The notes beneath the pieces are model-generated. The model made no database searches and was not told the origin of the DNA. It saw nothing but the letters and a program-made list of their open reading frames with translations. The position numbers and the translations under genes are program-made. Below are positions 53,043-64,000 of a stretch of DNA of 64,000 nucleotides, piece after piece; the first letter of the stretch is position 1; every line of letters starts with the position of its first letter. Location: assembly GCF_006345805.1 (NCBI RefSeq), contig NC_042998.1, positions 20,274,001 to 20,338,000 of the forward strand, read 5' to 3'. Origin of the DNA: Octopus sinensis. Its lineage: Eukaryota.

Positions 53043-53440
53043 TCTTTTCTACTCTAGGCACAAGGCCTGAAATTTTGAGGTAGATCGACCCCAGTACGCA
53101 ACTGGTACTTAATTTATTGACCCCGAAAGGTAAAATCGAACTCGGTGGAATTTGAACTCAGAACGTAATGGCAGACGAAATACCTATTTCTTTACTACCC
53201 ACAAGGGGCTAAATACAGAGAGGACAAACAAGGACAGACAAACGGATTAAGTCGATTATATCGACCCCAGTGCGTAACTGGTACTTAATGTATCGACCCC
53301 GAAAAGATGAAAGTCAAAGTCGCACTCGGCGGTATTTGAACTCAGAACGTAACGGCAGACGAAATACCTATTTCTTTATTACCGACGAGGGGCTAAATAC
53401 AGAGAGGACAAACAAGGACAGACAAACGGATTAAGTCTAT
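53043..53440 (-). mobile_element. SINE family A multimer
   Basis: Reverse-complement units with gaaatacctatttc junctions at about 53180 and 53365. Confidence 0.85.
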
Positions 53441-53915
53441 ATATAATGGGTGCCAGTATTTGTGAATACGGTGTAAATACTTTATAGTATTTCATTCCGA
53501 AGTGTATGTATGGGAAGAACTTCTTCAAATTGGATACAAATCGAGGTAAACCCAACATTCGAAAAATAGAGTACCAGACCTGATTCACAAATACTGGCAC
53601 TCATTATATATAGAGTGGTGGGGGTATAATTTCGGGTCCCCTCTGCTATTGCGGAGTGCCCGACACTGATATCATTGGAAAGACATTTGTCAAATGATAC
53701 CCAACAGGGAAACTGTCGAAACGTATCAAAGTAAAAACTGGGGTGAAACATAGATGTCTTTTATTCCTGATCGTTCAGAGTCAACTGTTGCTTCTTCAGT
53801 TGCTCTTCTCTCTTTGGGCATCCTTCCTTCTTTGGGTGTTGTGTCAAATGATGCTTGCTGAATAGGCAGATGTACGATGAGCACTAGAGTAGCCGTAAAA
53901 GGGTCTGAACATTGT

Positions 53916-54040
53916 AACCACACGGTTCCGGGTTCAGTCCCACTGCGTGGCACTTTGGGCAAGTATCTTCTACTATAGCCTCGGGCCGACCAAAGCCTTG
54001 TGAGTGGATTTGGTAGACGGAAACTCAAAGAAGCCCGTCG

Positions 54041-54081
<41 letters not shown>

Positions 54082-54272
54082 TTGTCCCCCCAACATCGCT
54101 TGACAACTGATGCTGGTATGTTTACGTCCCCGTAACTTAGCGGTTCGGCAAAAGAGACCGATAGAATAAGTACTAGGCCTACAAAGAATAAGTCCTGGGG
54201 TCGATTTGCTCGACTAAAGGCGGTGCTCCAGCATGGCCACAGTCAAATGACTGAAACAAGTAAAAGAGTAAA
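53916..54272 (+). mobile_element. CORE-type SINE family B, 5'-truncated
   Basis: Matches family B from aaccacacggttccggg to gagtaaa. Confidence 0.85.
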
Positions 54273-56578
54273 ACCCAGAATGTTCAAAACGTGCAGAGAT
54301 ATCAAAGAATTTAATTGAGAGTGATCAGTGAAAACCAGACTGTGGGTCAGAGTTGGAAAGGCAGAGATCATGAAAAAGTGAAGACGATGACACTGGCTCT
54401 GTCAAGGAGGAAAGTCATATGATGAATGAAATGGAACGTTTTAAATATAAACTAATTGGTCTCCCTGAAACATTACGCGCCCAGAAATTGAGCCACAAAA
54501 AATCCGTTACAAAGCCAGGGAAGAACCGTGCAGCCAACAAACAATGAAAGATAAGTGGAGAATGGTTGGCCATCGATAAGGCTGTTTGGTAAGAAAAGAC
54601 TTGGAATGGAATCACGATGGGAAAACCAAAGCAAAACAATCGAGGCTCACAAGATGGAGATGAACAGAAAGGGAACTGAAAATGACACGGAACCGAGTGA
54701 AAAAGAAAGCTATTGTCACGTTGTTTAGTTGTTGCTTGAGTTGAGCTTGTCAAGGATAATATATTTCTAACGTCCGAGTGGTCATTGTCGAAGTGGATGG
54801 CTTTATCATCATTGTTGTATGACCATTATCTCCGCAGTGTTGTGCATGTGAAATGTGCTGGATGCATGAATAAACACCGAAGCAAACTGGTTAACATTTA
54901 ATTGTGATATTTATTGCCGGACCTAATATATTTGGCATTGGCAATCGTCAATGAACGATATTAATAATTGCCAACTGGGAAGAGAGAAAAACTGCTTTGT
55001 GAATGTAGAAAGCTATCTGTCCAAGTGCCGGGAGTAGTCAGCATAAAAGTTCGAGTTGATCCGTGGCGTCAGCGATCTGTCTCTTCCTCTCTCTCTCTCT
55101 CTACCCCATGATCAGCAGCAAGGATCTCTTCCTGTCGCCTCTCCCATCTTCAACACAGCTACAGTTCTCTCTTTCTTCTCTTATTCCAACAGCTATCAAC
55201 ATTCTTCATACTGACTGAGCAGAGAACCCTCTACAGCCAACCCCAATCAGGAACAGCCATGCTTATCTCTCACCCATATATAATATGATCTAATATGATA
55301 TAGTATGATATTCAGCCCCAAGATTTAGTATCCGTTACGCCAGTGTTTTTCACTAAAACTATATTAGAGATGAAATAAAACAAAGCAGTGATGGATGCAG
55401 GGGTGTTGCCCTAGTTGTTCGGGCTACACACTTTCTAGCCGAGCCAACACGAAAAAACAATTGAGACTAAAGTATATTTCCAGCAGTTTCACAGAGTATT
55501 ACTGTTTCATATGCACATGGTCTGCTACAACAAACTTAGAATCCATAAAAATAGGTCCATTTGTTACGAATTGCGATTCCCACCTTATATTTTTTTGTTT
55601 TTTTATTTTTCTTGTTTTTTTTCTTTCGAAACTTTCGGGACACACCTAAAAAGAAAAACATCTTGGACTCCCTTCTCTGCTAAGTGAAATGATAGTAACT
55701 CGCTTTAAGAAATTTAGCGTAGAAATGAAGAATTACTCGATACTTTTTAGTACAGTACGTGTTTATTATAGATTTACAAAAGTAACTTCGAAGTTTCGGT
55801 CTGCTAGCATTCTTGGAAGGTTATTTAATTAATGCACATGCACACACAAATATACGTATATATTCGTTTAGGTGATTCACATAGCGGCAAAAGTGGGAAG
55901 AGGCAAAGTGACATAAAAATGGGTTTTGACTCTGAATCGAAACCGGATCGCTGAACTCACCCAGAAAGAAAATAAAAACTTATCCAGAGAGACAAAAATA
56001 TAAAATTTGACTCTACGTGGTTCACGCTTATAATTATTGTTTTATTTCGGGTTCTCCCTATGGCCGGCTTTGAATATTAAATTTTTAATGTCATTTTTTT
56101 GTATAATCATTCGCTCATCTGACCCCAAAACCAGATTGTATTGTCCATTCTTCGTTGGCCTCTTGTGGGTAATAAAAAAATCAATTAGCATTTTTTTTGC
56201 ATTGTTAGAACCCGGATGTTCCTGGATGAAATCTAGCTCCTCAATTAGTGCGTGCCAGTTATGTTTTGAATTATTGTTGGATTAATTTGCTGTTTACGAA
56301 GAGGTGGGCGTTTCATTGTTTTGAAATTTTTTGTTGAAACCATTTGGTTATTTGCGGAAACCTCTGTTGGACTGTTTTTGAAAACTTTCTTTTTGTGTTT
56401 TGCCCCCGTGTGTGGAAACTTGCATTATGGCAAGCTCGAATATGGATAAGTTATCGAGTGAAGAAGAAGTAGAAAAAATTGTTGAATAAAACATTAATAG
56501 AAGAAACTGAGGAAAAGGATAATACCACACCTAGACCATCGGCATCAGTTCAACCAAATAGTAAGAGTAAAGGTACCA

Positions 56579-56621
<43 letters not shown>

Positions 56622-57403
56622 GAGGATATGAAGGGGATAGTGATTGAAGAGGTAAGTTAAAAGGACTGCAAGAAATGTGTGGAGATAATATTGACCCACC
56701 AGGAGTAAGGGTGGAATTCAAAGAATTGCCACCAGTAGTGGATTTAGTAGAAATCGAACCACTAATGAAATATTACTAAAAAGTAAATATGTAAAATCGA
56801 CAGGAAAAAAGAAAGAGTAAGTGTTTTAAGTTATGTTTAATCAAACGGAAAAATAGAACAATTTTAGAGAACGGTTCAAATAATTGTAATGGTAGACGAT
56901 AATTAATTGTTATGTAAATACATGATAAAAACGGACAGTTTAAAAAGATTAATGGTAATGCATGTGACGAGGGACGCATGCAGCCATTCATTACCCCATT
57001 ATTGTATAATCATCTCATCATATTCGTTCTATATATTGTCCTCTCTGTGGTGTCCTGTCTGTCCTTGTTTGTCCCCCCTCTATTTTTGGGCCCTTGTGGC
57101 TAATAAAGAAACCGTCAAGAAGAAACCTTGAAGTTGCTCGAATCTAGATCTAACGAACCGGCGGCTGGCAGTGATTCATGCAGAAAAAATAGATAACTCA
57201 GAAAGTTTGAATGGATGACACATCTTTAAGACTGATAAGAAAAACTATAAAATATTGGCTAACGAATTTCGCAACGATGTAGGCCCTCCCATATTGGACA
57301 TTACTGATAATCTATATGAGGGCCTCATCACTCCGGCACCGCGAGCCCGAGAAAAAGAAAAGGAGGTGGATAACCCTCCGCCTCCAGACACCGACTGAGG
57401 TAA

Positions 57404-57560
57404 GTCACTTTAACGGCTGTTCACGTAGGATGTATAAATCTACGTGGCATGGCGTCAAGCTGGAAACAAGGACGTTTCCTAAATGACGTCAGGGCACAAG
57501 GTTTAGATGTCATTGTTGCTACTGAAACTAGGTTAAAATGGCCAAGAGATCAACCAGCCC
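57404..57560 (+). mobile_element. L1/Tx1-like ORF2 N-terminus (APE endonuclease) fragment
   Basis: VGCINLRGMASSWKQGRFLNDVRAQGLDVIVATETRL fits the N.RG and D.I...ET motifs; probable ORF1 end lies upstream (about 57120-57400). Confidence 0.75.
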
Positions 57561-57651
57561 CTTATGAATTTTGTAAGGAACCGATTAATTTAATGCGAAT
57601 ATTTTTTCCATTTTCTTGCAGCGAAACCAAATCATTTTGTAAACCGACTGA

Positions 57652-58062
57652 GAATCTTTCCCGTTTAAACGGCAGTTTTTCTAGCGGTATCATATGAAAT
57701 TGTCACCCATAATTATGACCCTAGTATCGATCTATTGCATTTCGGTCTGTTTTAGGGTTAGGGTGGGGTGAGGGGAAGGGTTTTTTTTCTTTACAAATGT
57801 AAATAAACCCAATCTGTTTCTTAAACGAGGTACATATTCATATGGCACAGAATGTTTTCACCTCAATAGACGTCATTGATTGGTTGAAATTGCAGAAATT
57901 GAAGAAAAGAAAACAACAAATATCTTACAAACTATAGAATTTTCTTAATAAAGCCAAGAGAAAAAGATGTTTTATAAACACATTCTACCTGTATACGAAG
58001 TTTAAAAGTGTTTAGTTACGTGGCAATTATTTTAAAAACTGCCGTTCAAACTGAAAAGATCC
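57652..58062. mobile_element. MITE with ~28-bp TIRs and an 8-bp TSD (Merlin-like?)
   Basis: TIR g(g/a)atcttt..gttt.aacggcagtttt; TSD ccgactga at 57644-57651 and 58063-58070; second copy starts at 63863. Confidence 0.8.
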
Positions 58063-58340
58063 CCGACTGAAACCTGTAGCATTCCTTGATAATAATGCAA
58101 CTATTTTCGTTTAATGTTCTCAAATATTTTTCGTTTAGTTACATGTAGTATAGTCTAATAATGTGAAACCTCTTAATGTTTTCAAAATGTCCGTTTTTTG
58201 TTATCGAAATTATGTTCGTGTTAAAATGCTGCACGTTAGAGATTTTTTAAAATATTAATGTAAGGCTGAACACCTGAAGCACGTTAACCCTTAATAAAAT
58301 GCTATGACTGACACCTGTCTATGTAATGCAACTTTTTTTT

Positions 58341-58708
58341 TCTCTTTTACTTGTTTCAGTCATTTGACTGCGGCCAGGCAGTAAATCGACCCCAGGACTT
58401 ATTAAGCCTAGTACTTATTCTATCGTTCTCTTTTGCCGAGCCGCTAAGTAACGGGGACGTAAACATACCAGCATCGGTTGTCAAGCGATGCTGGGGGGAC
58501 AAACACACAAACACACACATACATACATATATATATATATATATACGACAGGCTTCTTTCAGTTTCCGTCTACCAAATCCACTCACAAGGCTTTGGTCGG
58601 CCCGAGGCTATAGTAGAAGACACTTTCCCAAGGTGCCACGCAGTGGGACTGAACCCGGAACCGTGTGGTTGGTAAGCAAGCTACTTACCACATAGCCACT
58701 CCTGCGCC
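58341..58708 (-). mobile_element. CORE-type SINE family B
   Basis: Same architecture as 8577-8995. Confidence 0.85.
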
Positions 58709-58899
58709 TATATTCATGGATATTACAAATTTAAGTTGGTTTATGTATTAAACAGTTACAACCTTTTGATATCTTCCTACATTCGAAGTCTTTCTGTTTT
58801 TCATTACCACTAATGACGTTTTCTTTTCTTTCTCTTACCATTTCAATAGGCTGACTAGCATCGTTAATCCCACTTCAATTTGCCAATGTTGTATATGAC

Positions 58900-59326
58900 G
58901 GTACTACTAGCGAACAGTGGTCCCAGTATGCGCACTCGTGCATCTGCGCTAGCTAGTTGTAAGTAGTGGATCCTACAACGACTTGCGCGTATGTTTGTAT
59001 TTCAAGGCTGAATACATATCAAAGAAAATTAAATAATATTTTTCAAACAAAGTAAATAAAACGCTAAGTTAATAATTTTTTAAACTAAGTAAAAATAATT
59101 ATTTTTTAAACAATGTATATAATTTTTTTACACAAATTGAATACTTTTCGAATAAAGTAAATAACACGCAAAGTAAATTTTTAAACTAAGTAGATAAATT
59201 ATTTTTGTAAACAAACTAGGGTTAGAGTTTAAAAATTGGGTTCAGGGTTAAAAAGTCGTAGGATCGACTACTTACGACTAGCTAGCGCGGATGCGCGCAC
59301 CGGGACCACTGTTCGCTAGTAGTACC
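58900..59326. mobile_element. MITE with GG termini and a 9-bp TSD (Merlin- or MULE-like)
   Basis: Perfect 25-bp TIR ggtactactagcgaacagtggtccc extending imperfectly to about 70 bp; TSD gtatatgac at 58891-58899 and 59327-59335. Confidence 0.85.
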
Positions 59327-60559
59327 GTATATGACAATGTATTTCACACCTGTAGACCAATCTTAATTCCCACCTCAATTTTCTTGAGACACCAACTGTT
59401 TTGAATGTTAACTCTTCCTCTTCTAGAAATTTCCCAACCACATGGTTTCGAGTTCAGTCCCACTGCGGAGCATCTTGCGCAAGTGTCTTCTAATATAGCC
59501 TCAGACCGACCAAAGCTGGGGGGATGTTCCCCACTACCATCGCTTGTCAAGTCAATATTAGTGACCCTAATGGCGCCTGATCGCCATAGCGCTGACTGTG
59601 GGCTGGTAGTGGTAGTAGATCAAGAAATGAAGTCATTTTATTGGCGTCAATTCGTTTGACTAAAATTCTTCAAGCCGTGGCCCGAGCAAGGCCCCAGCAT
59701 GGCCCCAGTCTAATGACTGAAACAAGTAAAAAAAAAAGATAAAAGAAAAGAAAGATATTTGATTGAATCGATAGTATTATATTATTGGTAGCTATTTTAC
59801 CGACGTAAATCGAATAAAATAGTATATTTTAAACTCCAAAAAATTTTAACATTGAACGCAAATGAACGAAACTGCATATCAGCTGCATTTCAGAATTGAA
59901 AACGAATAATTAACCCATCGTTTAAAACTGGAACGAGACTTCAGATTGTAAACTGGGAGAAGTACGAAATCATAGTGCGTATTCCTATATATTTTACACT
60001 GCTACTTTTCCCGATAAATCATTCGCATACATCAAGGACTTTTTATATGTCAATATCTTGCTCTCTTTTTTAATTAATAGCTCTGATTTGAGAAAGATAG
60101 AGCAACTATTTCTAGAAGATCGGGCAACGACCACGTAGGGTCTTTTTTTTCATCGGATCGTATATCGCTGTTTATCTGAACTGACAAAGGCTCTTATTTA
60201 TCCATTGTAGCCGTTCTTGTTGTTGTGCTTGGTCATTGTTCATCTTAGTGTTGTTGTTTTCACCCACATATACCAAGTGAAACTAACAATATATAATTTC
60301 TCTTCGGCTGTCATCCAACATTCATAATATATTGGCAATGTATAAAGTTTATCCTGAGAGTTACTTTATCAAAAATGAATGTGACTTAAGACGGTTTTCT
60401 GTTTCAATTGTAAGACCACTTCGCTTGAAACACGATGAAGTTTAGATGTTATCGAAGTAAATGATTCGTGTTGCTAAAATCGTTAATTTGGCTTTCTATT
60501 CTTAATACGGAAATGGAAACATACACACATTCATACGAACATACATACATACATAGACA

Positions 60560-60607
60560 CAGATGATATATATATATATATATATATATATACTTACAGA
60601 AAATCAC

Positions 60608-60662
<55 letters not shown>

Positions 60663-60741
60663 TTACAGAAAATCACATATATATATATATATAGATAGAT
60701 AGATAGATACATGTATAATATACACAGATATATACATAGCG

Positions 60742-60775
<34 letters not shown>

Positions 60776-60815
60776 GGTATGTATATATAAGTATACATAC
60801 TCATATATACATACC

Positions 60816-60895
<80 letters not shown>

Positions 60896-60960
60896 GGTAT
60901 GTATATATAAGTATACATACTCATATATACATACCTACATATATATATATACATGTATGT
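60560..60960. repeat. (TA)n-rich array with internal duplications
   Basis: cttacagaaaatcaca occurs twice; cacatataggtatg...cctaca occurs twice at a 120-bp offset. Confidence 0.85.
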
Positions 60961-61337
60961 ATATGTATGTTATATATATATGTATGTATAGATGAGTTAC
61001 ATGTTATATATGCATATATATATATATGCACACACATACTCTCACACACACACATACACACCTCCTATGTTTCAGAGAATCTCCTGCGAAATGTTAGTAG
61101 TAAGTTCTATCAAAACTACACCGCGTCTGATCCTAAAATCGTCAGACTCCTCATAGTCTGCTCTCAAAAGTTGTCTTCATAGACACTTGAAATAACAATT
61201 TCATCAACGTTGGTGCAGCCACGTGACTCGTTAATGACCTTAGTCTTCAACGTACTGGGGTCGATTTAGTCAACTAAAATTTCTTCAAGATCGTGCCCCA
61301 GCATGGTCGCACTCTGATGGCTGAAACAAATAAAAGG

Positions 61338-61380
<43 letters not shown>

Positions 61381-61381
<1 letters not shown>

Positions 61382-61702
61382 TGTTGTGTCTCTTTTTGTG
61401 CCTTATAATGTAACACACTCACCGGTAAAATTTCCACTTATTTCTTATTTTTATTTTCCTAAAATTTTTGTTGCGTCTTGCAGCCTTTTCAGTAGTCTTG
61501 ACTCTTGATTTATTAGACATATTTAATTGATAAGGATTTTTATTGCCCTTTCTATTGAGAGTCAAGACTATTGAAGAGGTTGCAAGAGGCAACGAAAATT
61601 TTAGGAAAATAAAAATTTTTAAAAAGTGGAAATTTTACCGGTGAGTGTGTTACATTACATTACAAGGCACAAAAAGAAAATGTCTCTCCCCAGACACAAC
61701 AG
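61381..61702. repeat. Fold-back element next to (TA)n; each arm holds a degenerate hammerhead
   Basis: Ends ctgttgtgtct and agacacaacag; arms about 125-145 bp around a ~50-bp spacer. Confidence 0.85.
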
Positions 61703-61811
61703 AATATGCTTCAACACACGAACTCATTTATAGAATCTTGCAATCCAAAAACGAAATATATATATATATTTAATTTTTTAATTTTATTTTATCTAGCTTC
61801 AGCTCACGAGG

Positions 61812-62017
61812 TGTGGCCATGCTGGGGCACCGCCATTTGGTGTTGCTACATGGTTTTACTTCACGAAAGCTTTTTAGCAACTGCCATTTGGTGCATGAGA
61901 GAGTTCGATGCAGCTGTGGCCATGCTGGGGCACCGCCATTTGGTGTTGCTACATAATTTTACTTCACGAATGCTTTTTAACAATTGTCATTTGGTGCATG
62001 AGACGGTTCGATGCAGC
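61812..62017 (-). repeat. 103-bp tandem duplication in a SINE-tail variant
   Basis: tgtggccatgctggggcaccgccatttggtg at 61812 and 61915. Confidence 0.8.
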
Positions 62018-62687
62018 TGCTCTCATCTGCACCTCCTGCCGTGAAGTTGGTTCATCTGGGATACCTGACAGGAAGAGATACATGCATTCGTACATCAACT
62101 TACATATGATTATGTAAGAATGTTTCTATGTAGGTTAGGGTAAGGAGAGATGAGCTGCTTAATTGTGTCTATGTGTGTCTGTCTGTGTCTGTCTCTGTTT
62201 GACACCGCATGAAAAAACGGTGCCTATGTCTATATCAATACCTTCCTTGTGCAATAAATGGGAATGGTTAAATGAAACACCAGTATGGCTATAGTTTAAT
62301 GACTGAAGCAAGTAAAAGATTATCTATGTGCGTGTGTGAGAATGTACGTGTGTGTGTGTGTGTGTGTGTGTGTTAGTGAAGGAGAGGGTATTATGTGTGT
62401 GGGTATGTGTATTACACACGCACTCATAAATATTTATGAGTGTGAAAGTGCCTGCATTTGTTTACGTATTGGCATCTATGTATCTTAGTAGGCAGCTATC
62501 AGGCCTCATCATATGGTTATTAAACATTAATATGTGAGCTTCTTCACAGCGTATGTACGTATAAAAACACATACATACATACATACACACACACATATCT
62601 ATATATATATATACCTATATAAATATGTATATACATATGAATATATATATATTAATATACATACATATATATTCATATATATCTATA

Positions 62688-62723
<36 letters not shown>

Positions 62724-63113
62724 CACACACATACAAATATATACATATATATGTATATACATATATATATTCATATGTATATACATATATATATTCATAT
62801 ATATATATACATATTTATGTTTATGCATATGTATTTATATGTAATATGTATACATATATATGTATATTTGTATATACATATGTATATATATATATGTGTG
62901 TGTGTGTGTGTAATATATATTTATATAAATATGTGTGTGTGTGTAATATATATTTATATAAATATGTGTGTGTGTGTAATATATATTTATATAAATATAT
63001 ATCTGTGTGTGTATATATATTTATATGAATATATATATTTGTGTGTGTATATATATATTTATATAAATATATATATTTGTGTGTATATATATATATGTAA
63101 ATAAATATATACG

Positions 63114-63144
<31 letters not shown>

Positions 63145-63862
63145 GTGTGTGTATACACTTGTACATATAAACATTATGCCTGTCTCTTTTATCATAAATG
63201 TTCTGGAACAAAAGTAAAAAAAGGAAATAACATAAACGGCTATATATGTATGCTGTATATGTATCTGCTCTATCTGTCTGTATGGCTAAGTTACAAAAAT
63301 AGTTTTGCATTCTGGGTATGAAATATATTTATTATTATTCGATTCCAATCTCGTGTGGTAGGATACTGATTAAATAATGAAAGGAAACACTTTTTAACTT
63401 AATAGAATATTAACAATTTTATTTATAATAGGATTTCCTGTCTGGGACGTCGTCTTTACAAAAACAACTTACTATTAGTAAACTGTCGCTTTGAAATACA
63501 CATTGAGAGAATTGTTTTGATTTATTAGACATATTTAATTGATAAGGATTTTTTATTGCCCTTTCTATTTGAAACTGTAAGCAGAACTCTGCACAGACTA
63601 TCTACACTATAATTGTACACCATTTTCAAACACCTAGGTCTCTACAGAAAAAATTCCTAGATAAAAATTCTCACTCTTTACATAGATATTTCCAACCCCG
63701 AATTTATGCTTGCTTTTACAAATTTTTCACAAGTAAAACACTTTACGCCATTATTTTCTACAATGATATTTTATATGCTTAAACTCACCACATTTAACGC
63801 TCCGCATTCTATATTTCTCTGCATGCAAATTCTCTGAACCTTATGTCTACATAAATATTTTT

Positions 63863-64000
63863 GGATCTTTTCGGTTTGAACGGCAGTTTTTTTCTAGCGG
63901 TGTCATATGAAATTGTCACCCATAATTATGACGCTAGTATCGATCTATTGCATTTCAATCTGTTTTAGGGTTAGGGTTGGTTAAGGGTGGGGTGGGAGTA
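63863..64000 (+). mobile_element. Second copy of the 57652 MITE, cut by the window edge
   Basis: ggatcttttcggtttgaacggcagtttt...tagggttaggg matches 57652-57770. Confidence 0.85.

Noticed and set aside
54290-55010. Coding-looking segment, also 56040-57000
   Set aside because: No frame gave a recognisable domain; left unassigned.
63960-64000. ttagggttaggg as a telomere or interstitial telomere
   Set aside because: Only two units, and they are an internal part of the MITE family also seen at 57.75 kb.

Overview
AT-rich eukaryotic DNA dominated by repeats. I infer an octopus-like cephalopod genome from the tRNA-derived SINE families and microsatellite load; this is not proven. I find no convincing host protein-coding exon, rRNA, tRNA gene or CRISPR array. 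Most ORF-track entries are translations of microsatellites or SINEs. The recognisable coding remnants are all decayed transposons: three mariner copies, two RTE fragments, a CR1/L2-type 3' end, R4/Dong-like REL-endonuclease retroposon pieces, and L1/Tx1-like ORF1 and ORF2 pieces. There are also several MITEs and dozens of SINEs, many as head-less tandem multimers or composites. The most striking signal is a set of non-coding repeats, mostly next to (TA)n tracts, that fold into minimal type I hammerhead ribozymes of the Penelope-like kind. These include a 3 x 532-bp tandem array with one canonical-core hammerhead per unit (35408-36953, minus strand), a 133-bp-arm palindrome whose hammerhead has the C3-G8 core pair swapped to G3-C8 (23332-23616), a fold-back element whose two arms reconstruct a hammerhead (61381-61702), and copies with a T at core position 6. 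Ribozyme activity is inferred from motif and pairing only.
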